Positions 13,413-27,159 of a stretch of 64,000 nucleotides of DNA are shown here, piece by piece. Source of the DNA: Paramecium tetraurelia (taxonomy: Eukaryota); contig CT868004.1 in NCBI GenBank assembly GCA_000165425.1, positions 186,001-250,000 of the forward strand, written 5' to 3'. Every line of letters starts with the position of its first letter. Positions within the stretch are counted from its first letter, which is position 1. Made by a program: the position numbers and the translations under genes. The notes beneath the pieces are model-generated. The model was not told the DNA's origin. It did no database searches and saw only the letters and a program-made list of their open reading frames with translations.

Positions 13413-14509
13413 TCATATCCAAATTATCATTAAAGCAAATGATAAAATTAAATCTGCTCCTGAATTCCTTATCTCTATCTGCTTCTCAACTTCAGATGTC
13501 TCAATCTTATTTCGTATATCCTCCTCAATAAACTTTTCGATCATTACATTGTTCAAACTAGCATCTAGAATCAATTTTATCAAAATATTTACTTTCTGAA
13601 TTTGTATCATTCTCATTTGGTACATATTAAGGATCTATCTTAATTAATAATACAGTTACCTTTTGTATTATTGTCATTTTATTATGGATTATTTGAATTT
13701 TAAGTAGAACTCTCTTAATTATTATTTTCACTAAATCAAAAAATAAATTTTACTTCCACTCTTCCGAAGAATCAACAAATTAAGGTTCTTATGGTACTTC
13801 TGGTTTTTATGGTTATTACGATTATTATGGTTGTTAAGGCTACGATGGTTATTAAGGCTAAGATGGTTATTAAGGCTATTGTGGCTATTAAGGCTATTAT
13901 GGTTATTAAGGTTATTATGGTTATTAAGGTTATTATGGTTATTATGGCTACTATGGTTATTAAGGCTATTATGGCTACTATGGATGTTAAGGCTAATATG
14001 GATGTTACGGTTGATATGGCTATTAAGGTTATTATTATGTCTATGAATTAAAATTGTTAATAATACTGAAGGTTGATTTTATTATTGATGATGAGAATTT
14101 TTGTCATTATCATCGTTGTGATTTGAACCATTGTTGTGTTCATAACCATTTTGACCTCCTTTTCCTCCGTTTCCTCCTTTTCCTCCGTTACCTCCGTTTC
14201 CCCCTTTTCCTCCATTTCCTCCTCTCTCTCCTATTTCATTTAGAATTCGAGATTATTAGTAGGTCTGTTATGACGAATAAAAAATACCGAGCATCTCTTT
14301 GAAATCTTATCATAATAACATCGGGATGTTTGACAATTTAGAGGATACGAAGCATCTATTTCTAAACATAACTCTGATCTTGGCAAACATTGACCTTACG
14401 AGATTTGGCATTGCTTTTAATCATTCGAATTAAGTCTCAAACATTGTTCCTTTGTTCTTTCTACACAAGAAGCATTTATTGATCCAATTATAAAAATTGC
14501 AAATAGCAT
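13413..14509 (-). CDS. Secreted, probably GPI-anchored protein: signal peptide, 8-Cys domain, SRIL motif, (GGK/GGN)n, (PQQ)n, hydrophobic tail
   Basis: MLFAIFIIGSINASCVERTKEQCL...CYYDKISKRCS / TYQQSRILNEIGERGGNGGKGGNGGNGGKGGNGGKGG... / QQQPQQPYQPQHP(QQP)n... / ...RNSGADLILSFALMIIWI-TGA. Five introns of 23-28 nt. Confidence 0.85.
13805..14040 (-). repeat. 9-bp coding tandem repeat (CCW TAR TAR) encoding Pro-Gln-Gln units
   Basis: On the + strand it reads as imperfect (ggttattat / ggctattaa)n. On the minus strand, with TAA/TAG = Gln, it is (PQQ)n inside the 13413-14509 gene. Confidence 0.9.
14150..14230 (-). repeat. 9-bp coding repeat encoding GGK/GGN units
   Basis: + strand (tttcctcc/gtttcctcc)n; the minus strand reads GGNGGKGGNGGNGGKGGNGGKGG. 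Confidence 0.85.
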
Positions 14510-14529
14510 ATATTATTTAATTATAATAA

Positions 14530-15240
14530 TCAAATAAATAGTTTAGCTAAGAGAACAGTTGCCAGCAATCTGATGGAAGAACTTGTGTTGATGACTAAAT
14601 CTTTTTGATCCAAATTACTATTGAGTATTTCATTTTAATGGAAATCAAATTATATCATTTGAAATGCTAAAATTTCAGTGGAACTAGTGTTTGTTGGTGG
14701 AGCTGCTGGTGCAGTGTTATTAGAATTGATGGTAGAATTGGTTACAGTTTCAGGAGGGATTGGTTAACTGCCATTTGTAGTGATATTATAAGTAGGTATA
14801 TCCTAAGGTTAATTAGGATATTGTCCATTTTGTTATTAATTTTATTATTGATTTTGTTATTGATTTTATTATTGATTTTGATCTTAGTTTAATTATTGTT
14901 CATTTTAATGATCGTCCTCAGAATCTTCCGTATTCTAATTCCTGCCATCATCCTTATCTAAAAGTCTTCTTGATTACATATCCCATTCATCCTCATAAGG
15001 CTAAAGATTAAGATCACTTTTTACTTAACATATCTTTAATTCGAAATCATAATAGCATTAGATTCCTTAGCAATTATTTGGATTTGTAGCATCAATATCC
15101 TGGCATTTGCTTGGCCTACTTTAGCATTCTTATTTAACTAATTAACATTATTCATCCTAAAGACAAGTTTGTACAGATCTTAAATGACATGCTGAGTGAA
15201 CTAATTTGAAAAGTAAGATAGTATAGAGAATAGTTTTCAT
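14530..15240 (-). CDS. Tandem paralogue: secreted 8-Cys protein with SRRLL motif, QQNQ repeats, Pro/Thr/Asn stalk and hydrophobic tail
   Basis: MKTILYTILLFKLVHSACHLRSVQTCLQDEQCQLVKQECQSRPSKCQDIDATNPNNCQGIQCYYDFELKICQ / 24-nt intron / PYEDEWDMQSRRLL...(QQNQ)n...NTSSSIRLLATVLLAKLFI-TGA. Confidence 0.85.
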
Positions 15241-15674
15241 GATAATTAATATATATTTGTTGTCTAAATATTCTATAAATTAGTAATTTTGTATAGAACA
15301 GTATGCATTATTTTATAAATAGTTTACGAATCAATCATAATTACTAAATATTTAAATGGGAAATTTAAATTAAAATTAAATAAAGATAGTATCAAATTTT
15401 AATTGATTTTATGATAATTTTAATATCATTATTCAAATTTTAAAAGGATTTATATCAAAACATTAATTTTAATTTTTATTAATGATTATTTATAAATCAT
15501 TTTGAAATCATAATTCAGATTGATATTCAATCTATTTATTGTAATTTATGCTATTTCTTTCATAATTCTCATTTTCATAGATCCAATATCTCATGTACTC
15601 TAAAATTGATGGTTGTTTCCATTGATTGTTTCATTAATAATTTCTATTATTTTATATATAAATAGTAAATTCAT

Positions 15675-16900
15675 ATGCAATAATTGTACTTCCATTGAAA
15701 TTATTTAGTGTCGAAATGAAAGCTGCGACTTGGCAAAAAGATTCTCACGGGCTTTTTGATTATGAAACTCAACTTCTCACAATAGAAAAGTATATCATAT
15801 TGAAAGAGCGGAAGGTTTATCGATTGGGTATGTTATACAATTAATATTTAATAGGTTAAGAGATCAGTACGCATTCTCCAGAAACTTAACAACAAGAGTG
15901 CCAATAATATTTAACTGCAGTTCAAGAGAAGAACGATGAGTTTTACATCAATCCTAGTGGATGTGATGAAAATGAAAATGAAAATTTTTTAATAGTTAGA
16001 AGTTTAAAAAATAGTTAAGGAGGATAGAAAGTATAAGTTGATAATTAAAATGAAAGGGATATAAAATGGAACCTGGAGACATAATAAAATTGGGGAGGAT
16101 CGAATATATGATAATAGAAACCAGAAATCAGGATAACTTAGTTAATAAAGCCAAAGGAGAAATGCTAAAAGTATAACTTTAATAAAAACTCAGGATTTGG
16201 TTGAAATAACTGCTTCGTACGTCACCAATAATTAAGCAATATGTCGATTTTGCTTAATGGAGACACAGTCAAAGGAAGATCCCTTCATCTCTCCATGCAA
16301 CTGTAAAGGGAGCTGTGAGTTCGTTCATTTTAGTTGTATGAGACTATGGATTGAAAGCAGATGCCAAATAAAATAGTTAAATAGTGCACAATCATATCGA
16401 TGGAAATAGTATTAATATTGACATTCTAGGCTACAATGCGAACTCTGTGAATCCTTATTACCTTTGAAGATATATATGGAAGACAGAGAACTTTCATTGG
16501 ATCTCGTACAGCGACCTTCATTGCCCTACTTGATAATGCAATCAAGACACAAAAATGAGAAAAAACATGGAAAAGCTGTTTATGTGATCTAATTCTAGAA
16601 TTGTGAACCAATAAAAATAGTAAATATGCCAATAATTCTATAGGGAAGAGGGCATCAATGTGATATATAGATCTCAGATATCTCAGTTTCTAGATTACAT
16701 GCTTACATAAAATATTAGGATGGTGACTTCATCATTCTTGACAACAACAGTAAGTTCGGTACACTTGTGAGATTGTTCCAGCCATATAAAATTGAGCAAG
16801 AGAAGGTTGCTGTATAAGTAATATTGTTTTTGAACCCTAGATTGGACGTACAGTCTTAACATTTGTAGCAAAACAGTAGTCTATTGAGGATAGCAATTGA
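15675..16900 (+). CDS. FHA + RINGv (C4HC3) domain protein, putative E3 ligase
   Basis: N-terminal TWQKDSHGLFDYE; GDIIKLGRIEY; RINGv CRFCLM...PCNCKGSCEFVHFSCMRLW; C-terminal FHA GRGHQCDIQISDISVSRLHA...DNNSKFGT. Multiple tiny introns. Confidence 0.9.
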
Positions 16901-17080
16901 TTATCTTATTGTTTGTTATTGATATTAATATATTACTTGGATAGTTCCATGCAGGGAGGCGAGCTCTGTTATTGGTTCCGTGATATATTACGGAAAGAGA
17001 ATAGGTGTTGTGTGGTGTATAGATGAAGAGATTATGAATTAATTAAATATATAAAAAAATTTAAATCTTTTTTTAATATT

Positions 17081-17384
17081 ATGGCTCACAGAATTTAAGA
17101 AAACGCAGGAATGATCAATGATGAGAAATAAGTTGTCGATATTTATGTACCAAGAAAATGCCAATATACAAATATGATCCTCAATAGCAGCGATTATTCC
17201 AGTGTCTAAATCAATGTCGGATAAGTATTGATTCAATTTCTAATTCAAGGTTGATGAGAACGGAGTTTACAACAAAAAGAATAACACTGTCATCTTGGCA
17301 GGATATTTGAGATAAAAGGGATAAAGTGCTGCAGCTTTGGAGGCTATTCTTAGACAAAGAGGTGTTCTCCCATTCGCATAATGA
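17081..17384 (+). CDS. RPS21: 40S ribosomal protein S21 (eS21)
   Basis: MINDEKQVVDIYVPRKCQYTNMILNSSDYSSVQINVGQ / intron / VDENGVY...LAGYLRQKGQSAAALE is the eS21 signature. Confidence 0.93.
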
Positions 17385-17427
17385 GACATATATAATATAT
17401 ACATATTAGTACATTAATAGATAAAAA

Positions 17428-19376
17428 TCACAAATTGCAAATGCTACTTCTATAATACTAACAAATCTGATCAGCAAAAAGGATTAAATTGGGTGCCAAT
17501 TTTTCCTCTTGCATAACTTATTTGATTAATTATACAAACAAATTAAAAGTTTATTCACTTATTTTTAATGGGTTATGAATAACTCTTAAATCATTTGATT
17601 TGTAAATTGTGGAATTCCTGAAAATAAACCCAATAATCTTCTTCACATGAGATTTAAGTTAGTATTCAGCATTTCTGAAGTGATCACTATAAATTTCATT
17701 GTCCTGCAGATTCAATTAAACTTTGAATTGCACTTGGTCCAACCCTTGAGCTCCAATAAAACTCTCTATGCTTTGCTAATTCATAACTATGAACCTTAAT
17801 TAAAACCATAAATCAGCATAATCCTACAAAATCAGTCTATCTAAATTATAATTTTTAATTAATAAAAAAAAGTTATCCCTAAATCCGTCCATCCACTCAC
17901 TTTGAATAACGCAATTCTTATGCAAAGTTGTGAGATCAATTTTAGTTAAAAGTGGTTGATGTTGATGAGTGATGAACTTCAATAAAAAATGTGCATGTCT
18001 TAATAGAGTGGGTACATTGGGAAAATTTCGAAAGCGAGGGTCTCTTTATAAAAAGACCTCGTATTTCTTCACTTAAACTTTAAATAGAGTTGGAGATTAA
18101 AAATAAAAATCCAATAGGCAATCTTGATTTACAATGCAACTCCGATAGCCATCCATTCTTTTGGTTATCAATTCTATTTGTCTTTCTTTTAACCCAAGTT
18201 CTTTCATGGCTTCGACCAAATGTTACTTGAACAAAGTAAAATGGACATTTGTTAAATTCATTCTTTGATGGGATTTTCTTAAATAATTCAATACATAATC
18301 AACACCGCAATTCCAGCCCATCATTTAATGCAAGATTATGCCTAACTTCTTGGCTTATTCATCCATTTAAATGCCTACAAAGTATTCACAGAGAGTCTAA
18401 TCTTCTAATATTTTTTAATAGGAGAGATCTGCTAAGTGGACAATGCTTTAAGGTGTCTCATCTTTTTTATTCTCTGTTCGTTGATTATAAATCTAAGCAA
18501 AGGTTTATTCTGAAGTTATGATACAGTATTTATATTGTTCAATAAGTGCACTGAATTCAAATATTAATTCAGGAGGTCCCTTATTACTTTGAATAAAACT
18601 ACTCTTTCTTATTATAATTGATTATTTACAATTAGGTAGCTCTTAAATTGATTGTATAATGCATGATCGATTTTTAAGGGGATATGTTTTTATTTTAGGG
18701 CTTCAATGTTGAAAAATACTGGTTTGCCCATGATGTACTCAAGAAATGTTCCAAATTTTGATTCGTACATTCCTGGATCGTCGATTTCTCACATATATAG
18801 GAATAGATTACTCTAAATAATGGGATGAATTTGAGAATGCTGATGAAATAATCTAGCTATTTCCTGAATGACTTCCTCACCACCAATTTTAGTAAGAAAG
18901 ATTCCGTCATCTTCTTCAAAGTTAGATTTGATATATAGAGAACTCTTTGGAGTAATTGTAGATAGTTTTGTTTATTTTTGGGGAGGCAGAGATCTTCGAG
19001 TAATCGAAACGGGAATTCCTATTCTTGATCTTGGAGTATGTGAAGTAGAATGCTATATATAGCTTTACGAATGGTAAGAATGTGTAGTGGTTTTATTGAG
19101 GCTTAAAACGAAATGTGATTTCATTGTCTAGAGATCCGGCATAACTACGTCTATCTTAGGAAGAATGCGACATTTCTATATTGTTTCAGTGTTATGGCGA
19201 TGATTCTTTTTTTATCCTCCTTCCTTCAAAGCATTCACATAATCTGCAAATGAAGGAGATTGTTAAATTAGTTTCACTTTCCCCTTACAAAAATTACTCT
19301 CAGACTTTGTTAAGAAATCGTACTGTCCTGTTTATGTTTATCTAAACGGACAGTTCAGCTAGAATTGTCTATTCAT
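17428..19376 (-). CDS. Protein with an N-terminal low-complexity region and four tandem truncated (2/2) haemoglobin-like domains
   Basis: Four ~115-125-aa repeats, each with an F8-like His: LKQKHIPLKI, LRKSHQRMNLTNVHF, LTTLHKNCVI, LRVIHNPLKISEQTF. Domain 1 starts KIGGEEVI. Domain 2 has SYQKILEDQTLCEYF...EQ. Two introns. Confidence 0.82.
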
Positions 19377-19420
19377 TATAATTATTAATAACTTAATCAA
19401 TTAGTCATTGCTTTAATTAA

Positions 19421-21002
<1,582 letters not shown>

Positions 21003-21144
21003 AAAAGTAAATTATTTTAAGCTATAACAAATATTTATTTTCCTTGTGAAATCAACAATTTAAGTGTTGACTCTAAACTAGAAGGTTCTTCAAAATATGA
21101 TAAATTTATTATAATAAAATAGATATGCATAAGTACTAAATTAT

Positions 21145-24100
21145 TCAAATGAGTTATTCTGCTGTAACTAATCTGCGCAGTTCCCTTTCATAGTGATCAT
21201 TCAAAAAAATGGTTTGCAGTGGAAAAACCAATGAAATGGCCTTCGTTTTACAAAGTCTAAATTTAAAACTCTGATATATTCCAAAGTAAGCTACTAAAAT
21301 CAGCAACAGAGTGAAAGCCAGAGCAATTCCATTTATAACCTAAAATTGTTACATAATTATCTTACATTATAAGTCTTTTCCAACTCAATTGATTGATCCT
21401 ATATATCCGAGGCCATCTGCTTAGTTATCGTGGATACAATGTCGGAGCAAAAATAAACAGCTTCTAACTCTTCCTTTGGAGGTATTTCTCTTGAATCTGG
21501 AAAGTCGATTTCCAATTAATCCTTGAGTATATTACTGAATGAATTTAAAGTTGTGATCAATCCTAACTTCAAAATTCCATTTTAAGAATTATAACAAAAA
21601 TAGTCAAAATCAAAATACTTACTGCTATTTAAAAGAAGACAGAGGTTGTTCTTTTCTTAGAACTCATAATTGTCCAAAAATTAAGGAGAGAACTATAAAT
21701 CCTCACCGTCTATTTTTAAACTTAAAAAAGTATCAATTTTCAAAACTGCTTTTTCAATCTATTAAATAAAAAATGCTCTATCATCTTTGGTGAAGTATGA
21801 AAAGTATGAAAAATAATATAGCATCTCTTTTTGTGAAAATGCAGCTGGAACATATACACCAATGTCAGAGAAAGACTTAAAAAAGTGAATTGTATCTGGG
21901 AACTTTCTCATATACTTAGCTCCCACATAGGTTAATGGTCCTGCAATAAGGGAATATTGGAGTTAAAAGAATACAATCAATATAATTAAAGGAATCTTAG
22001 TAATTTTTACACTGCTTTTTGTTCTTCTCATTTCATTTTAAATTTTGTTCTTTTCCTTCGCATGAGTTTTTCTTAGCATTTCCTCCTTTCCTATAAGGTT
22101 AAACTTATATCTATGAATTAAATCTGATCCTTATTTCAGAGTCTACAAAATAAAGAGTTGTCTTGTATTATCGCTTTCAATAGCTGATTATTCGACAAAA
22201 ATATTTAATGCAAAAAACTTTTCTAACAAATGGTTGAATAGATTATAGTAATATGCTAAAAGGAGTATGATTGCCGATATTATAATCGAAATGGGAATTA
22301 CTAGGATTAGCCATCTAGTAACAATCAGATCAATTTATACAATTGATTCCTCATACATTTAATCAGATATCTGATCAAATATAGTTACAAACAGAATATA
22401 ATTTATGTATTGGTAGGTGTTATGGGGATTTGTTCCTCGGGTGGGAGAAGAGTTGACGTAGATTTGCTATTACTTATAAAAAGCATCCAATAGAATACTA
22501 AAAGCATTGAACAAGGTGACATTGTATTCTTTTAATTTGATTGGAGAGTAATGGTAAGTTTATTGTTTTACAACAACATATTAATCTTTAATGAATGTGG
22601 AGAAACTCTCATCTTGAAAATGATCCTAAAAGTTTTATTTAAATTCTTCAAAGGAATCTATTAAGAGTGGCATTATAAATTATGTATAGAAATACAATTC
22701 AGTAGAATTCATCTCGCCATAATATGAAGTGATCTAATAATCCTGTAGCATGTATCGAGTTAAAAAGAATTTCTACATGGGTTCAATGAAGTAATGGTTG
22801 ATCTAGATGGACTCATAATAGTAATTAAGAGAATTGAAATCTTATTTGGAATAGATAATATTCTACATAGAATAATAAAATAATTACGATTAATAAAAAG
22901 ATGAACTGGCTAATTAGAATTATAAACAATAATCCTACTAGTTTTAGGAGCATTGGACTCTTGCCAGTGTTCTAATTAAGTATATTTATGAGAGAATATT
23001 TTCTATAAAAAACAGATTTCCTTAATCCAGCCATTGAGGATGCTTAGGATCCTCCTGCGATCATATTTTCTTAATTTCTTATATCATTTTCATAGACATT
23101 TCCTAAGACCTTTACTGTTTTATCTTCCTATTCGGTAAAACATGAATCACTATATTCATGCATGATTTCATGTTTACTGTATTTAATCATTTAATTTCTG
23201 TCTTCAGTATCACTAAATATTTTCATATCTGTTTTTCTTTGAGTATCAAATATGATATTATTTATGCAGGACTCTTTTGGAGAGACCATATTCCCATCAT
23301 AGGGATATAGAATGGACTCTTCATCATTGATAATGAATAGTTTATCATTTATGCTTTATGCATCCAATGAGACTAGTTATCGGAATTGTCCAATTTCTTG
23401 CATTTTTTTGAATTTAACTATTTTATAGTTGCTTCTAAACAGGATATCACAATTGACATCATAAGTGTTTAGATTAGCATCAATCTTCTATAAAGATACT
23501 TTCTACTGAACTAATTATAAAAAGAAAGATTCTTTTGGGAAACTGAATTAAAAAGTAGCTGTATTGCTCTTACTGCTTAATACATTGTTTGGAAAAAAAT
23601 TAGTAGCAGAAATGTTATAGAAAAGTTTTTCAATTTATAATGTCTCAATTGTTTTTGGATTGAAGTTAATTTGTTTAAATAATTCCTTATTGACACCTTA
23701 AATTCTGTTGTTCTGATCAATCAAAATGGTTGGATCAGTTTATTCGATGGAATTAAAAAATGCGATGAAACGAAAACACTGATTGCTGTCAAAGTACAAG
23801 TCATAAAAGAATTCAAGATTTTGCAGCAGTCCAGATTTTAATTGGCAAATGATTTCAGCTTTCTTCCTAAAGAAACTCCCCTTTCCATCGCATAAGAATT
23901 GTTCTATATAACCATTATGATTGTCTCTAATAATTCTGGGAATCAGCAAATCAGAATTAACTATATTATCAAAAGCTTTATTTTTATATCCAAAGATTTG
24001 TGGAGCTTTCTTGGAGAATGATCTGATTTTTAACTTTCTCTCCTCAAAAGAGAATATCACATATGACATTTTGTTAGTTAATCTATTGATATTTATGTCA

Positions 24101-25882
24101 TTAGATTGATCCAATAATTAATTATCTAGTGCATTTATTTACAATTAATCAAAGGCCTTCTACCAATCATACTTGATTTCCCCATAAAAGAACATAAGTT
24201 GTGATTAATTCTTTTAACCTTTTTAATATGAACATATAAATACTTGGAAATCTCTCATATATCATTCGCAACGACTTTTCCTGTTAGTCTATAGACTTAA
24301 TCAGATCGAAGTATTAAGTTAAAAAGTCACTTTGCCTTTGTTATTCTAGAAGGATCTTTGAGAATTCTAACTTTCTTTGAATTATATTTATTAAGCCATC
24401 CTTTATGCTTTGATTGAAACTTTCTGATTGAACAAATTAATTAATTTTGACTTATAGATTTGACTAATCTTTGCTGTAATTCTCAACTTTGGCAGTAAAA
24501 CTATTGTATAGATTTTATTTGATAATCATAGCGAATACTTTCCATTTGATCCTCTGTACTCTGCTCAGATTTTCTACAATCCCTTTGTTTTCAATTTTAG
24601 AGTAAATCTCATACACTTCACCATGAAACTATTAAGCAAATAGCACATGACAAAAGATATAAATATTATCCTTTGATTATGATTATTATTAAATTGATTT
24701 TTTCAAACTCTTGATCAGATTGAATTTAATTTCTTCCTCAATAATATCCGGGATTATTCCCAATTGTTCAGATTCTGTTGAATAGTGTTATTAATTGTGG
24801 CAGAAACATTCAACCTTTGAGCATTTTATAAGATGTCTCCCCAATTTAATTGAATTAAGTACACAAGTTTGATGGAATGAGAACTTCTAATTTGAAAGTT
24901 TTTTGCAAATTAAATTATTCAGGTCTATCTAGGATAAGTGCGAGGGCTCTGCATTTTCGATCTCAAATTATGTGCTATTATATTCAAAAAATCCAATATA
25001 AATTAAAAATGGAGTAAGTAAAAATATGTAAATTAAAGGATTATCAATATTTGTAAAAATACACAAAGAGATGAATATTCCACATGAATGAATCATGATC
25101 AATAGATATATTTGAGCTTATTGCGAATATACCTTTGAGATGAAAATAGAATGTATTTCACATAAGGTAATTAATAAATAGATAATTGATTGGGCATAAT
25201 TAGTGATACTGGGTGAACAAAAAGTAAAAATATAAGGTTAAGACATAATTAATAGTTGTTCAATATAGTCTACCAATGATAGTTGCAATCTCTTGTAGGA
25301 GCGCATTTCTATGATCAGTGCGCCTTCAGTTAGTAAAAAGTAGAGTATTTAAGTAAAATGGATGTAACATAAAAATAAAATATCGTTTACAGTCCACAAG
25401 TAGAGTTGATTTTACAATGAATTCTTTATGTTATACAGGCCAATAATTAATAAGGGTTGTATGATTGTTACTTTTATAAATGAATTTACGAGACAGATGA
25501 CTTTCATGAAAAAAGTATTAATATTTTACTATTTCACCTTCTCATCAGCTCTCTCTTTTTAATCGTAATTGAGAATGATACTTATTCCAACTAGTATCGT
25601 AATTGCACAATTAATTATCAATGAAAAATAATGTTGTATTTTGTTATTCCCAAGTCCTTCATTTAACAATTCGATTTGTAGTTGTAACAGCGAGTAAAAC
25701 TCATTATCCTTCGATGGATTTGTTGTACGCTGTAAATCATCAACTTGGCTATGTGGATAGATCACAAACAGTAATGAAAATAATCGACCTACAGTAAAAA
25801 AAAATGGGAGCAAGGGCAACTTAATTTGAATTTCAAAATATCCAACTTGAATACAAATTGATTCTAGTAATTGAGCTATCAT
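21145..25882 (-). CDS. Large multi-pass membrane protein with a PAS domain (ciliate PAS/TmcB-like family)
   Basis: N-terminal TM cluster, then a PAS-like segment IRSFSKKAPQIFGYKNKAFDNIVNSDLLIPRIIRDNHNGYIEQF, then further TM segments. C-terminus ...KAISLVFPLQTIFLNDHYERELRRLVTAEQLI-TGA. Confidence 0.85.
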
Positions 25883-27159
25883 GCTTAATATTTCAATAAT
25901 TAAGCTATCAAATTTGAGATTTTAATAATATGTTTTAAATTGATGGATTGATATATCTCTCATATATAAAAATTTTATATAATCAATATTCAACACTCAA
26001 TAAACTCATTTAATTATTATTTTCGGAATTTGATTACTTCATGATTTCAGGAATATTATTTAATCAAATCAATTTTTGTTTTTAATTACACCATTTAAAT
26101 CTTATATATATGTTTGTATTCAATTAATTTGATTATAAAATTTGATACTCATTTGAGAACTGCCTATTAACTCCAGGTTTGATTCAATCCAAGAAATCTT
26201 ATTCTTTAACTTAATCCTTCTCATATCTATAGAAAATATCATGCGCTTTTTAATTAGTAAGCCAGTGTTTGACTCCAATAAAATACTGGATTTGGTATCG
26301 AAAAATTAAGAATTGAAAGATGGAGTTCTGAACCAAATATATGGAGCACTGAAATTCTTGTTCTAATCCAATGATTGAGGAGAACTACAAGAAATTCCTG
26401 TATAAGATGAGGAACTTCATTTTCTCAAGTTCTTAGAATTTTTCACAAGATAATACGGATTAGTGGCTTAATTTAATTTATATTGAATAGATTCTTAATA
26501 TTATTTCAAACTTCAATGCTATAGCTAAATATATTTAATATTATTCAAATCATTTTAATTTAAGAACTTTGAAAATTACAAGGGATGCCAGAAAAGGTAA
26601 ATAATTTCAATGAGGACTCGCCAAAAATCATTTAGCGATTCGATATGATTCATTGAATATGAAAATTAGATTTTTAAAATATCTAGATTAGAAGTTAGCC
26701 CATGCCTTTTTTGTGTGATTATGTTTTATATTTAATAAAGCTGATATGATGGGGACTTTTCTGTTCTTAATGGTAATTTATCGAATGAATTATAAATGTC
26801 TTATAAATATTAGTTTATTTATTTAGAATAGTTGAAAAGGACTGATCTTTGCAGGAATGCTTTCATCAGACTCAACAAAAGGATCAATTACCATTAGTAC
26901 GTTGACAGTAAAATTTAATAAGGAAATGAAGGGTCTTCGTGCGTAATTTACATTTCAATTTAAATAAAACTATTAGTAATCATAACTTGATTATAAAATT
27001 TGAACACCTAATTATATATAGTCCTCGCAATATGCTTGTTATGGTTTCGTTGCCACTACTTTGCTTAACCTTTCTATACAACTACTTAGTTTGAATCTTT
27101 ATTTTATCATTAATTAAAACAATTAAAAGGTTATTTTTCAAAAAGTAAATATTATCTTC

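Noticed and set aside
13805..14040. Possible CRISPR-like or satellite array
   Set aside because: It is an imperfect 9-bp coding repeat with no unique spacers, in a eukaryotic context.
13791..14302. Plus-strand ORFs with LRLLW / VIKVIM / FLLFL repeats in the ORF track
   Set aside because: They are antisense shadows of the minus-strand PQQ/GGK gene, which has a signal peptide, canonical introns and a tandem paralogue.
16935..17035. Telomerase RNA, tRNA or canonical snoRNA call
   Set aside because: No C4A2-type template, cloverleaf or clear C/D or H/ACA boxes were seen. It is kept only as a low-level finding.
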